Positions 1 through 8,754 of a DNA stretch of 64,000 nt are shown piece by piece (position 1 is the first letter of the stretch; every line of letters starts with the position of its first letter). The notes under the pieces are model-generated. The model did no database searches, had not been told where the DNA came from, and was given only the letters and a program-made list of their open reading frames with translations. A program made the translations under genes and the position numbers. The DNA lies in assembly GCA_048940765.1 (NCBI GenBank), contig JBHLOG010000001.1:6806-70805 (forward strand), read 5' to 3'. This stretch comes from Promethearchaeota archaeon. Lineage in GTDB: Archaea > Asgardarchaeota > Lokiarchaeia > Sigyniarchaeales > SOKP01.

Positions 1-1122
1 TTCAAACCAGAAACTTTAATAGGAATTGATAAAGTTAGTTCTGACCACTTAATTAATAATGGAATAAAAACTTTAGGCGATCTAGCTGCATTATCACTAT
101 CAAATTTACCTGAGATAAAAGAGATACTCCCAACGATATTACAAAAATGGGTGAAAATCGCTCAAGTAATAAAAAAGAATGTACAAGAGCAACTAAAGAA
201 ACATAAAAAATTGCTAATGATTGGTTTAGATAATGGCGGTAAAACATCTATCCTCGCAGTAGTTCAAGATAAATTCTCAATTATTAAATCTCTTTTACCT
301 ACAAGGGGTGTAAAAAGAGAAAAATTAGATTTCTTTGGATATCCAATAATTAGCTGGGATCTTGGTGGGCAAGTTCAATATAGAGAGAAATTATATTTTA
401 ATAGACCTGAGCTTTTCTTTACTGAAGCGGATATTATGTTATATGTAGTTGATAGTCAAGATCCCGATAGAATTCCCGAAGCTGCAAACTATTTTAGAGA
501 GGTTTTAAAAGTTTTAGTAGATTTACATGAAAAACCCTCAGTTCTAGTCGTATTAAGTAAAAGTGATCAGGATGTCCGTAAAACACTGCAATGGCAACAA
601 AATGTGACGAATATAAAAAATAAATTTAATAGTATTGCAGATGAATTTGAAGAGTTCCCAGTCGATTATACAGATACAACGATTTTTCAGAGAGAAACAA
701 TCATGCAAATGTTTAGTGTTGCATTAAAAAAAGTATCTGATACATCTGAAATCATCGAACATATTCTTGAAGAATTTACGCACCAAGTAGAAGCTAAAGC
801 TTCAAGCTTAGTATCAATGGATGGACTAATTTTTGGAAGTTTTACAGGAACAGATACGGATGAAATGTTGGTCAATAATACGGCTTTATTACTACAAACT
901 CTTTCGAATTTTTATAATTCTATTGGTTTAATACGTGAAAAATCAATAAGATTAGATTTACCACTGAATGGATTCACAATTCGAGGTGAAAAATTATTTG
1001 AATACTCTGAATTACAAATACCAGTATATTTATGGATGCTTTCTGAGAACCCAAATTTAATAGAAGGAAGACTGGATTACTTTAAAGAACAACTACTCCC
1101 GTTAATTAATCTTTTCCTTTAA
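1..1122 (+). CDS. Arf/Sar-like small GTPase with C-terminal Roadblock/LC7-like domain (Rag/Gtr-like architecture); probably 5'-partial with an upstream helix-hairpin-helix-like segment
   Basis: G1 GLDNGGKTS, G3 WDLGGQ, G4 SKSD. About 150 aa of C-terminal alpha/beta region (ASSLVSMDGLIFGSF...). The track ORF starts at GTG 151, but frame 1 has no stop from nt 1 and reads IGIDKVSSDHLINNGIKTLGDLAALSLSNLPEI (HhH-like). Confidence 0.75.
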   Translation, partial: FKPETLIGIDKVSSDHLINNGIKTLGDLAALSLSNLPEIKEILPTILQKWVKIAQVIKKNVQEQLKKHKKLLMIGLDNGGKTSILAVVQDKFSIIKSLLPTRGVKREKLDFFGYPIISWDLGGQVQYREKLYFNRPELFFTEADIMLYVVDSQDPDRIPEAANYFREVLKVLVDLHEKPSVLVVLSKSDQDVRKTLQWQQNVTNIKNKFNSIADEFEEFPVDYTDTTIFQRETIMQMFSVALKKVSDTSEIIEHILEEFTHQVEAKASSLVSMDGLIFGSFTGTDTDEMLVNNTALLLQTLSNFYNSIGLIREKSIRLDLPLNGFTIRGEKLFEYSELQIPVYLWMLSENPNLIEGRLDYFKEQLLPLINLFL

Positions 1123-1191
1123 TTTATTGATTTAAATGTAGTATCAGAAAATTTGAACTTCACTTTTAAAAATCAATTAATATTTCAATAT

Positions 1192-1410
1192 TTATATCAA
1201 TTCCAGTTCTTTATTCGCCACTAATAAAAATTCATTACATTTATCTAACATTTCAATTGCATTATCTAGATTCATAACAACCGATTCCAATCCTTTTTCT
1301 TTTGCGATGTTTCGCCATTTTAAAAAATTTTCTTTATGTGAATCATTATGATCGGCCCAGTGTATGCATAATTTTGATAATTTTAATAGATCTTTATCTT
1401 GTTTATCCAT
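1192..1410 (-). CDS. small helical His/Cys-containing hypothetical protein downstream of cdhA
   Basis: 72-aa ORF with the motif CIHWADHNDSH and a distal Cys (DKCNE). No family recognised. Confidence 0.4.
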   Translation of the reverse strand: MDKQDKDLLKLSKLCIHWADHNDSHKENFLKWRNIAKEKGLESVVMNLDNAIEMLDKCNEFLLVANKELELI

Positions 1411-1593
1411 ATTATTTCATATTTTTAATATTATAATAGATAATAATTAAAGTACTCATTAAATTAAAGTTTCTTCTTTAGAAAAAGCAAAAGAATGGTT
1501 GATAAATTAAAAGTTTAAAAATCTTCACAAATTTTCGATTTATGACTATTAAATAAAAAGATATTACAAAAGAAAATAAAAAAATAAATTATA

Positions 1594-3939
1594 CTATGTT
1601 CGGCATAGTCTTTTCAATAGTGTTGGATCTACAATTTCTTTTGGTTCCCAGCCTTTTTCTTTGAGATACTCTTGGATCTCATCTTTCATATTAATTGGAA
1701 TGTCTGCTTCAACACGTATAAATTTCACTAAATCATTCGGAAATTGAACTCCTTTATACTTTCGTTCTAAGTCAATCCAATGAGATAATTTTATCATTCT
1801 CCCTTTTGAGTTATCAGCAGGTCTTATTGCTAACTTAGCTACTAAACAAATAGCCTGTTCAATACTTTCCGCAGTTGTTAATAAGTGTTCAGGACCGGGA
1901 CCAACTAAATGATCAGCAGAACCATCCCTGGCGTTAAATACTTTCCAAACATTTTCATCATCAGATCTACCAATATACATTCTTCTATATTCTGCAGAGT
2001 GTGGTCCACATACTGCTGGAACTCCTAATCCATTTGCCATACTTGCGATACTTGCAGCTTTCTGGGACATAGCACCCCATGCAACCCCTACAGCACCTAC
2101 ACGATTTAAGATATAATCTGCGATTTCCTCGAAATTACCACGCAAAGGCCTTCGAGCGAAGATATTAGCAACTTTAATTGCAGCTCCAGTAATATGGGGG
2201 TTACTTACACAACTTCCAACGTTTACTAAACCGCCTCGATCAAAATCACCAGGAAATCTATCATATAAGGTCTTTCCCTCTTCATCTTTTACTAGCCCAA
2301 TATCCATTGCTCCGCAACCAGAAACCACAACAATGTAATTTCTTGTTAAAAATTCTTCAGCCATTTTGTATAGTTCTTGAATTTCATGAGCATAACTCGC
2401 ACATCCGATAATTGCTACTATACCTGGAATTTCACCTAACACTATTGGAGCACCTACATTCCTTATCTCAGTGTCCATTATAGGTCCACGTCCTGCCCGG
2501 CAATTATATTTTTCATTCCGAATGTATTCTCTGCCTGCATATTGAAGTAAGGTTAATGGAGATACATTTTTCATACAATCTCCTTCACATCGCCCACATC
2601 CTAGACAATCATGGAAAACTTCGGCTAATACCGAAAAATCTCCATCTTTAACTAGTTTTACCCCTTCTACTAACGGTAAATCATTTGGACAATTTCGTTG
2701 ACAGTTTCCACATCCATTACAATTCATCGCCATATCAATGCACCCTTGCTCATCAGGAATTCCGCTTCTTGCCTTCCTAATCGGCTTTACTTTAATTGCT
2801 GTTTCAGCAGCAACTTCTCCAGCCTTAATCGGATCTAAAATAAGAACTCCTAGCTCTTTACCACTAACTAAATCATTGACAATTTCATTCACAGGATCAT
2901 TTGTTCGATCTGGAAGCCCTGCCATAATTTTTTCGTTTGTAGCAATATAAGGAGCACCAATTAATTTGGCTTGCTCAAATGTTCTTAGATTAACACATTG
3001 TTCGTCAACCATTACTACATCAGGTATTCCTGATCGAATCACGTGAAGTTGTCTTGACATTGATCCTACAATCTTAGCACCATCATAATATCTGGTTAAA
3101 TCATGAGCAGTACAACAAATCGCACCCACATCAACTTTATCTTCAACCCCTTTTTCTCTTATATAATCAACTAACTCTACTCCAGGTGCAACATTATGAC
3201 CAATCATCAAAATTACTGCTTTATTTGTGTCAAGTGTTCCCATACCAAGTTCTACAATAGGAACATTTGGATCTCCCATTGGAAATCCATATGCTGCAAT
3301 TTGAACAGCATCAGATATCTCCATACCAACGGAATCTGCTAAACCTGCTAAAAAACTTTTAGATTCGTAATCTAAATAATTTGATTCTTGACCAGTATGA
3401 CCCGCTGCTAAAAGGTGTGTAATTGTGAAATGTACCCACTCCATCGCTGTTTCCAAATCTTCTAAAGTTTCAGGTTTCATACCAACTACTAATCGCGTAT
3501 GAGGCATCTCTACAGCAATGTTATTGCCAAAATTAATCGGAACGTTGCCATATTTCTCTTTAAGCCAATGTAGTAGATGATCACCATGTGCTGAATGGCA
3601 GGCTGCACCTATACAGCAAGCAATTTCTACGATACGACTCTGTTGAGTCTCCATATTAATACCGCAAGCCCCTGTTCGCCCCTTGGAAAGATTACATTTA
3701 CCATATGTACAAAGACAGCACATATCACAGATAGGCATATAGAAAGGCTTGTATCGATCCATGAGCTTAAAAAACCAGTTTCTCAATGTAGGAATATGTG
3801 GCATAGGATGCGGGCCCATAGGTTCCCATTCTGTTTCATCTCCAAAAGAAACTTTTCCTGTAGTCAATTCGAATCCTTTAATTGTACCGAGAGGTCCTTT
3901 ATATTCTTCAATTTTTATTTTTGCCCCTTTTGGTTCCAA
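1594..3939 (-). CDS. cdhA: acetyl-CoA decarbonylase/synthase complex alpha subunit (archaeal Ni-CO dehydrogenase catalytic subunit)
   Basis: 781 aa. N-terminal Cys cluster region CDMCCLCTYGKCNL...GACGI. Inserted 2x[4Fe-4S] ferredoxin motifs CNGCGNCQRNCP and CLGCGRCEGDC. Length and layout are typical of CdhA. Confidence 0.9.
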   Translation of the reverse strand: MEPKGAKIKIEEYKGPLGTIKGFELTTGKVSFGDETEWEPMGPHPMPHIPTLRNWFFKLMDRYKPFYMPICDMCCLCTYGKCNLSKGRTGACGINMETQQSRIVEIACCIGAACHSAHGDHLLHWLKEKYGNVPINFGNNIAVEMPHTRLVVGMKPETLEDLETAMEWVHFTITHLLAAGHTGQESNYLDYESKSFLAGLADSVGMEISDAVQIAAYGFPMGDPNVPIVELGMGTLDTNKAVILMIGHNVAPGVELVDYIREKGVEDKVDVGAICCTAHDLTRYYDGAKIVGSMSRQLHVIRSGIPDVVMVDEQCVNLRTFEQAKLIGAPYIATNEKIMAGLPDRTNDPVNEIVNDLVSGKELGVLILDPIKAGEVAAETAIKVKPIRKARSGIPDEQGCIDMAMNCNGCGNCQRNCPNDLPLVEGVKLVKDGDFSVLAEVFHDCLGCGRCEGDCMKNVSPLTLLQYAGREYIRNEKYNCRAGRGPIMDTEIRNVGAPIVLGEIPGIVAIIGCASYAHEIQELYKMAEEFLTRNYIVVVSGCGAMDIGLVKDEEGKTLYDRFPGDFDRGGLVNVGSCVSNPHITGAAIKVANIFARRPLRGNFEEIADYILNRVGAVGVAWGAMSQKAASIASMANGLGVPAVCGPHSAEYRRMYIGRSDDENVWKVFNARDGSADHLVGPGPEHLLTTAESIEQAICLVAKLAIRPADNSKGRMIKLSHWIDLERKYKGVQFPNDLVKFIRVEADIPINMKDEIQEYLKEKGWEPKEIVDPTLLKRLCRT

Positions 3940-4120
3940 AGGTTTATCACATCAATACATATTTTATTTTTTTAATTAAGATAGAAATATAAATAATTTT
4001 ATCTTTGAATATATTTTAAATTTATTTTAGAGATTTATTTCTACAAATAAGAGATTTTGGAAAATTTAAAAGTTAATGTTTATATTCAAAAACTCAAAAT
4101 GGAATAGAGATTAAACAAAA

Positions 4121-4142
4121 AAAGTGTGAAACTTCACACTTT
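4121..4142 (-). terminator. 10-bp perfect hairpin followed by an oligo-U tract, downstream of the V4R gene
   Basis: aaagtgtgaa-ac-ttcacacttt. On the minus strand the stem runs into TTTTTTTG. Two further CAC-T6 tracts lie at 4143-4170. Confidence 0.6.
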
Positions 4143-4182
4143 GTAAAAAAGTGATTTAAAAAAGTGTTAGAAAAATTCAAAT

Positions 4183-4776
4183 TTAAAGAGTTGACAAAAA
4201 TGCTGCGACATTTTCGCTTGAATCTTCATCCACTAAGGCATCTTCGAGTTCTTCTCCTATAAATTCATATTTATAAACACATCTTTCGTTGCCTAATAAA
4301 ACACATTCAATTTCTTCTGCCGCAACATCAATTTGAAGCATTTCGAACATGCCACTAAAAATGCCTTGATAAAGTAAGCATAAGTTTTTTGCCATAATAT
4401 TATCTTTTTCTTCAGCTGCGAGGGGATCTGATACCGCAATTAAGATATGATCTTTTTTAAAGACGCATCTTAATTCTCCATAACCCATGAGTTCTAGAGC
4501 TTCAAGATGGCCAAAGACGACTTCTTTTTTTGTAGCCATAGTTTCTGGAAGCCAGTCTTTATTATGGAAAAATTTATCCATATAACTCCTCCCGAGCGTT
4601 TTTCCTACCCAGATTAATATGTCATCAGCGTTTGTACCTGCAAATTCGGAGAATTCAATCAAATCTATGGGTCTTAACATTAGTAAACGTAAATCCTTCT
4701 TTTTATCACCAAAAAACAATTGTCCTAATTTCTCATCGATCATTACTTGTAATTCTTTTTTAAGTCTCTTAGACAT
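4183..4776 (-). CDS. V4R (4-vinyl reductase / Bet3-TRAPP-like) domain protein
   Basis: C-terminal V4R pattern NLCLLYQGIFSGMFEML...EEIECVLLGNERCVYKYEF (C..G..G...E.C...G..C). Confidence 0.7.
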   Translation of the reverse strand: MSKRLKKELQVMIDEKLGQLFFGDKKKDLRLLMLRPIDLIEFSEFAGTNADDILIWVGKTLGRSYMDKFFHNKDWLPETMATKKEVVFGHLEALELMGYGELRCVFKKDHILIAVSDPLAAEEKDNIMAKNLCLLYQGIFSGMFEMLQIDVAAEEIECVLLGNERCVYKYEFIGEELEDALVDEDSSENVAAFLSTL

Positions 4777-4940
4777 TATTTATCCCAAATTAATTATAAA
4801 AAGAGAAATAATTAGTTTTTATTTCATATAATAGAAATTTAAATGGCTAGATATTTAAATTTAATGTTTAATGCATGAAAGCTTAATAATTTTCCAAGAT
4901 TGAGAGTTTTATTATTATGTGATGTATTTAGATCAACATA

Positions 4941-5951
4941 TTAAGAAGAGAGCAAATCAAATATCGCTGGAATTACATTGTCAATATTAAAATTAGTTTT
5001 TACTGATGTGAATAAGAAATTCCATTTTCGATTTTTTAATTTATTAAAATTATAAAAATCTGATATTTCTTCTTTTAATTTTAAAAGTTGTTCATCAAAA
5101 TTTTCTCGGGAGAACTTAACTAAATCGCTTTTATTTCCCAAAATGAGTAATGGAATTCCATTAAATTCATCTTTATTTAGTACATTCCAAAACTCACTTC
5201 TTGACTCCTCGAATCTTCTTTGATTCGCAATATCAATCATATAAATAATAATATTAGATTCTTGAATCCCAATCAACCATTTTGGTCTAAAATTTCTCTG
5301 TCCAGGCATATCCCAGATTGCTAATAATCCTTTTTCATCTACCGGAAGGTATTCAATATTAAATTTACGAGTTGGAGTGAAGTAATTATCATTGAATTCA
5401 CCAGTTTTTAATCGTCTTACTAAACTGGATTTTCCGACTTCATCAATTCCGAAGAGGAAAATTTTAAAAAACGCTTCCTTTTGAAAATAATAATCAAATT
5501 CAGTAGGTTTTTCAATTACTTCGTCACCAAATCGTCGAATGTCTATAAACATAGATATTAATAAGTTATCAACTTCTATTTCATCATCAAATGAATATCC
5601 ATTACCATTATTCAAAAGTTCATTTAACAATTCTTTAAAAATTTCCTTATAGTCATATGGGTTATCTTCATCATCAAAAATTAGCCCAATGATAATATTT
5701 CCATTGATACAAGAAGTGTATAAGTTTAAATCATTGATATATTGAGCAATAGGCTCATCAATCTGGTAATGATTAGAAGTTATTTGTTGTATAATATCTT
5801 TCTTATCATGTTCATCAATAATTTTTTTGATAAGTAATTTATCTTTAAGACTTATTATTTCATTGGGATAGTAAAATACATTAAGATCCTCTAAATCCTG
5901 AATTTTATTTCCTTTGAATAAAAAGATGTTTTGTAACAAATACAATTCCAA
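4941..5951 (-). CDS. small Ras-superfamily GTPase with a ~165-aa N-terminal longin/roadblock-like domain
   Basis: C-terminal half has G1 GIDEVGKSS, G3 WDMPGQ, G4 GNKSD, G5-like TSVK. The N-terminal alpha/beta region (NIIIGLIFDDEDNP...) is called longin-like only by inference. Confidence 0.75.
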   Translation of the reverse strand: MELYLLQNIFLFKGNKIQDLEDLNVFYYPNEIISLKDKLLIKKIIDEHDKKDIIQQITSNHYQIDEPIAQYINDLNLYTSCINGNIIIGLIFDDEDNPYDYKEIFKELLNELLNNGNGYSFDDEIEVDNLLISMFIDIRRFGDEVIEKPTEFDYYFQKEAFFKIFLFGIDEVGKSSLVRRLKTGEFNDNYFTPTRKFNIEYLPVDEKGLLAIWDMPGQRNFRPKWLIGIQESNIIIYMIDIANQRRFEESRSEFWNVLNKDEFNGIPLLILGNKSDLVKFSRENFDEQLLKLKEEISDFYNFNKLKNRKWNFLFTSVKTNFNIDNVIPAIFDLLSS

Positions 5952-6112
5952 AAGTCTTAATTCTTATATGTTTGAAAATAAAATTAACTTAAAAAAAGTT
6001 TGGAATCTTGCTGATATTACTTTTAAAGTTTTTGGTTTAACTTATAAAAGCTATTAACCGATAGTTATTTATAAAAGAACTCAATAAATAAATTCTAAAA
6101 TTAAATTAATAT

Positions 6113-7525
6113 TTATTCTTCTTCTTTTTCTTCTTCAATTTTATCTGGAATTTCTTCTTTTACTTCATCAGTTGGTTCTTCTTCCTTCTTTTCACTAGAT
6201 TCAGAGATAATTTCTTCAGAAGGTTTTGATTCAGGCTCAGCTCCGACGGGAGTTTCACAAATGGGGCATCTATTCCATCCAGGTCGTAAGCTATACCCAC
6301 ATTTTGCACACTCTTTCAAACTATCATCTTCTTTCCATTCCGGAATATCTAACCCCCCTTGTCTCTTTCTTGCTAATTCTTCTAATTCCTCTTCAGTCCA
6401 AACTTCCATTCCTTCGGGTAAGCCTGTTCCTCTTTCTGCGGAAAACTTTAAGAGTTCTTCTTCACTCCAAGAGGGTATATCTGACTGAGAAGTCATTCGT
6501 TTCTGTGCTTCTTCTGCCAATTCTTCAGCTGTCCATGTTTTGAGTTCTTGTCCACCAGGAGTTCTTACTGAGCTTGATACTTGAGTTTGTGGTTGTGCAC
6601 TAGTTGGAGGTTGTTGCGTTGGGATATTACAGCATTCAGCTGAAAATCTTAGTAGTGCTTCAAAACACCTAGAGTATTTATTTGGATCTTTCCCTTCGTC
6701 TGTGACTAGAATTAAAGTAGTTTGATCAGTAGTTTGTGGTATCGCTATGCTATATACAGCAATATCAGATGAAATTCGAGTTGATTCTAAACCTGAAGTA
6801 ATTCTTTCCATTGAGTTCATTAGTTCATTATCTTTCATTAAAAAATCACAAATAGGATCACCATGTCTCTGATATGCCTCATGATATTTTGCTAAATGAT
6901 TTTTTGTAATTGTAGAATCCAGTGAATTAATTATTGCTTCTATATAAGAAAAGATTTGAGACTTTGGACCTGCTTGCGACTCATCCAGTTTATAACCTCC
7001 TAAATCAACAACTCCCATAACCGGAGCAAATAATGGTTTTTCATTTTTCATTTTTCCAAAAAGAGTAGGTCTTGAAATAAGACACTTAACTTCTCCGTAA
7101 TAAGCTATTGAATTATCTAATAACTCTACTTTCTTGTCAAAAATTGTACGTGGAACGGATCGAAATATAACATCGACCCAGGGCATTTCTTTTACAGGAA
7201 TTATTGCAACACATAATTTTTCTATATATTCGCGTAGTTTTTTATTATAATTTTTTAATTCTTTTTTAATATCATCATATTGTTCATTTTTTAATTCTTC
7301 AGTTATCTTATTTTCAAGTTCTTTGAATTTTTCTTCATTTATTTTAAGATTCCCTCCAAATGATTTTATATCTCCAACAATATTATCTTTCATAATAGAA
7401 GTTGCACTTTCAATAGTTTTTTTCTGAAACTCGGTAAGTTCTTGTTCTTCACTAGAGACTAAAAAATCAGAGGGATTAAATTCAATCTTATTAATAAAAA
7501 CATCAAAAAGCTTCTTTTCTGACAA
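6113..7525 (-). CDS. hypothetical protein with P/Q-rich linker, three W-[TS]-x-EEL repeats, a C-terminal zinc ribbon and an acidic tail
   Basis: WTAEEL, WSEEEL and WTEEEL repeats. CAKCGYSLRPGWNRCPIC zinc ribbon. E/K-rich C-terminus. Confidence 0.6.
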   Translation of the reverse strand: MSEKKLFDVFINKIEFNPSDFLVSSEEQELTEFQKKTIESATSIMKDNIVGDIKSFGGNLKINEEKFKELENKITEELKNEQYDDIKKELKNYNKKLREYIEKLCVAIIPVKEMPWVDVIFRSVPRTIFDKKVELLDNSIAYYGEVKCLISRPTLFGKMKNEKPLFAPVMGVVDLGGYKLDESQAGPKSQIFSYIEAIINSLDSTITKNHLAKYHEAYQRHGDPICDFLMKDNELMNSMERITSGLESTRISSDIAVYSIAIPQTTDQTTLILVTDEGKDPNKYSRCFEALLRFSAECCNIPTQQPPTSAQPQTQVSSSVRTPGGQELKTWTAEELAEEAQKRMTSQSDIPSWSEEELLKFSAERGTGLPEGMEVWTEEELEELARKRQGGLDIPEWKEDDSLKECAKCGYSLRPGWNRCPICETPVGAEPESKPSEEIISESSEKKEEEPTDEVKEEIPDKIEEEKEEE

Positions 7526-7684
7526 TTCCTTTACCTTTATATCCTAAATTATTTTGAATAAAAGATATTTATAATTATACAAATAGAATGGATATAAAAA
7601 TTTATTTGAATTAAATATAATTTATAAGAAATAAGGATAAACGCATAAACATTTTTATTAAAAAAATTATAAGAATTTTAATCT

Positions 7685-8737
7685 ATGAACGATTCAAATG
7701 AGTTAGTAAGCAATTCAGTTAAAAATGTTAGAGTATGTTTTATTTCTAATATTCCTGAGAATGCAAAGGAGTATATTATTGAAAAATTAAGGCGTTTCGA
7801 TAATATCAAGCTTATTTTTCGAGGAGAAAGAAAAGAAAAAGATCTTTACAAGATTATTCCTCAGGCAGATATTTTGATAGGATGGCGTCCAACAAAGAAT
7901 TTATTATTCAAAGCTACAAAACTAAAACTATTTATCAATCCGGGAGCTGGGATTCACCATTTATTAGATATTTTTAGAGAAATCAATGAAAATAGGAAAG
8001 TTTTATTAAGCAATGGTCATGGAAATTCTTATTTCGTGGCTCAACATACCATAGCACTTTTACTAGCCGTCATGAATAAAATTATACCTCATCATGAGTG
8101 GATGCGTGAAGGAAAATGGCGAACAGGGGATGAAGATGCTGTTTCAATTCCATTAAGATATAAAAAAATTGGATTACTAGGATACGGGGCGATAAATCAA
8201 AAAGTTCACCGATTTTTAAGTGGATTTGATATCGAATTTTGTATTTTAAGAAAGCATTGGGAAAAACAAAAAGATCCATTACCAACAAAAGTAAAGAAGT
8301 ATGAATTTTCTCATTTACATCAATTTCTTAAAAATATAGATATACTCATAATTGCAGTACCTGAAACTTCATTAACTAGGAAATTGATTGGTAAAGAGGA
8401 GTTAGATCTTTTAGGGTCTAAAGGATTAGTAGTAAATGTTAGTAGAGGAGAAATCATTGATGAAGAAAGTTTATTCATAACATTGAGGGATAATATCATA
8501 CAAGGTGCTGCTATTGATGTCTGGTATAATTATTCTCCAGAAGAGAATGAGGAGGGTAAAAAATTCCCTTTTAATTTTCCTTTCCATACTTTAGATAATA
8601 TTGTACTTTCACCTCATAGGGGATATTCCCCTTTCAATGATTTACTAAGATGGGATGAAATAATTGAAAATATAACTCGAATGTCTCAAGGACGACAAGA
8701 TTTTCTTAATGTTGTAAACTTAGATGAAGGATATTGA
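7685..8737 (+). CDS. D-isomer-specific 2-hydroxyacid dehydrogenase family (NAD-binding)
   Basis: GLLGYGAINQKV Rossmann motif. VNVSRGEIIDEESL, AAIDVW and SPH motifs typical of the family. Confidence 0.75.
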   Translation: MNDSNELVSNSVKNVRVCFISNIPENAKEYIIEKLRRFDNIKLIFRGERKEKDLYKIIPQADILIGWRPTKNLLFKATKLKLFINPGAGIHHLLDIFREINENRKVLLSNGHGNSYFVAQHTIALLLAVMNKIIPHHEWMREGKWRTGDEDAVSIPLRYKKIGLLGYGAINQKVHRFLSGFDIEFCILRKHWEKQKDPLPTKVKKYEFSHLHQFLKNIDILIIAVPETSLTRKLIGKEELDLLGSKGLVVNVSRGEIIDEESLFITLRDNIIQGAAIDVWYNYSPEENEEGKKFPFNFPFHTLDNIVLSPHRGYSPFNDLLRWDEIIENITRMSQGRQDFLNVVNLDEGY

Positions 8738-8754
8738 AAAAATAGATAATGATT

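Noticed and set aside
2738-3975. Plus-strand ORFs 2738-2950, 3595-3975 and 3749-3979 inside cdhA. Similar antisense or overlapping track ORFs: 53-247, 687-875, 4619-4831, 6226-6543, 6261-6488, 8082-8288, 16700-16894, 17393-17581, 20369-20551, 21287-21649, 21677-21907, 23191-23519, 25908-26090, 29233-29424, 30422-30607, 34899-35446, 36186-36425, 37302-37496, 38395-38670, 41021-41506, 43760-44014, 48834-49043, 49797-50072, 52470-52987, 54976-55224, 55819-56046.
   Set aside because: They lie antisense to, or out of frame within, strongly supported genes. Their translations are low-complexity (F/L/S/I-rich) and carry no recognisable motifs. They are shadow ORFs of the kind typical of AT-rich DNA.
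3974-3990. Exact 17-mer AATTAAGATAGAAATAT shared between the cdhA upstream region and 10113-10129.
   Set aside because: A rough estimate for a 64-kb, ~70% AT sequence gives on the order of one or two such 17-mer coincidences by chance. No extended similarity is visible around either copy.
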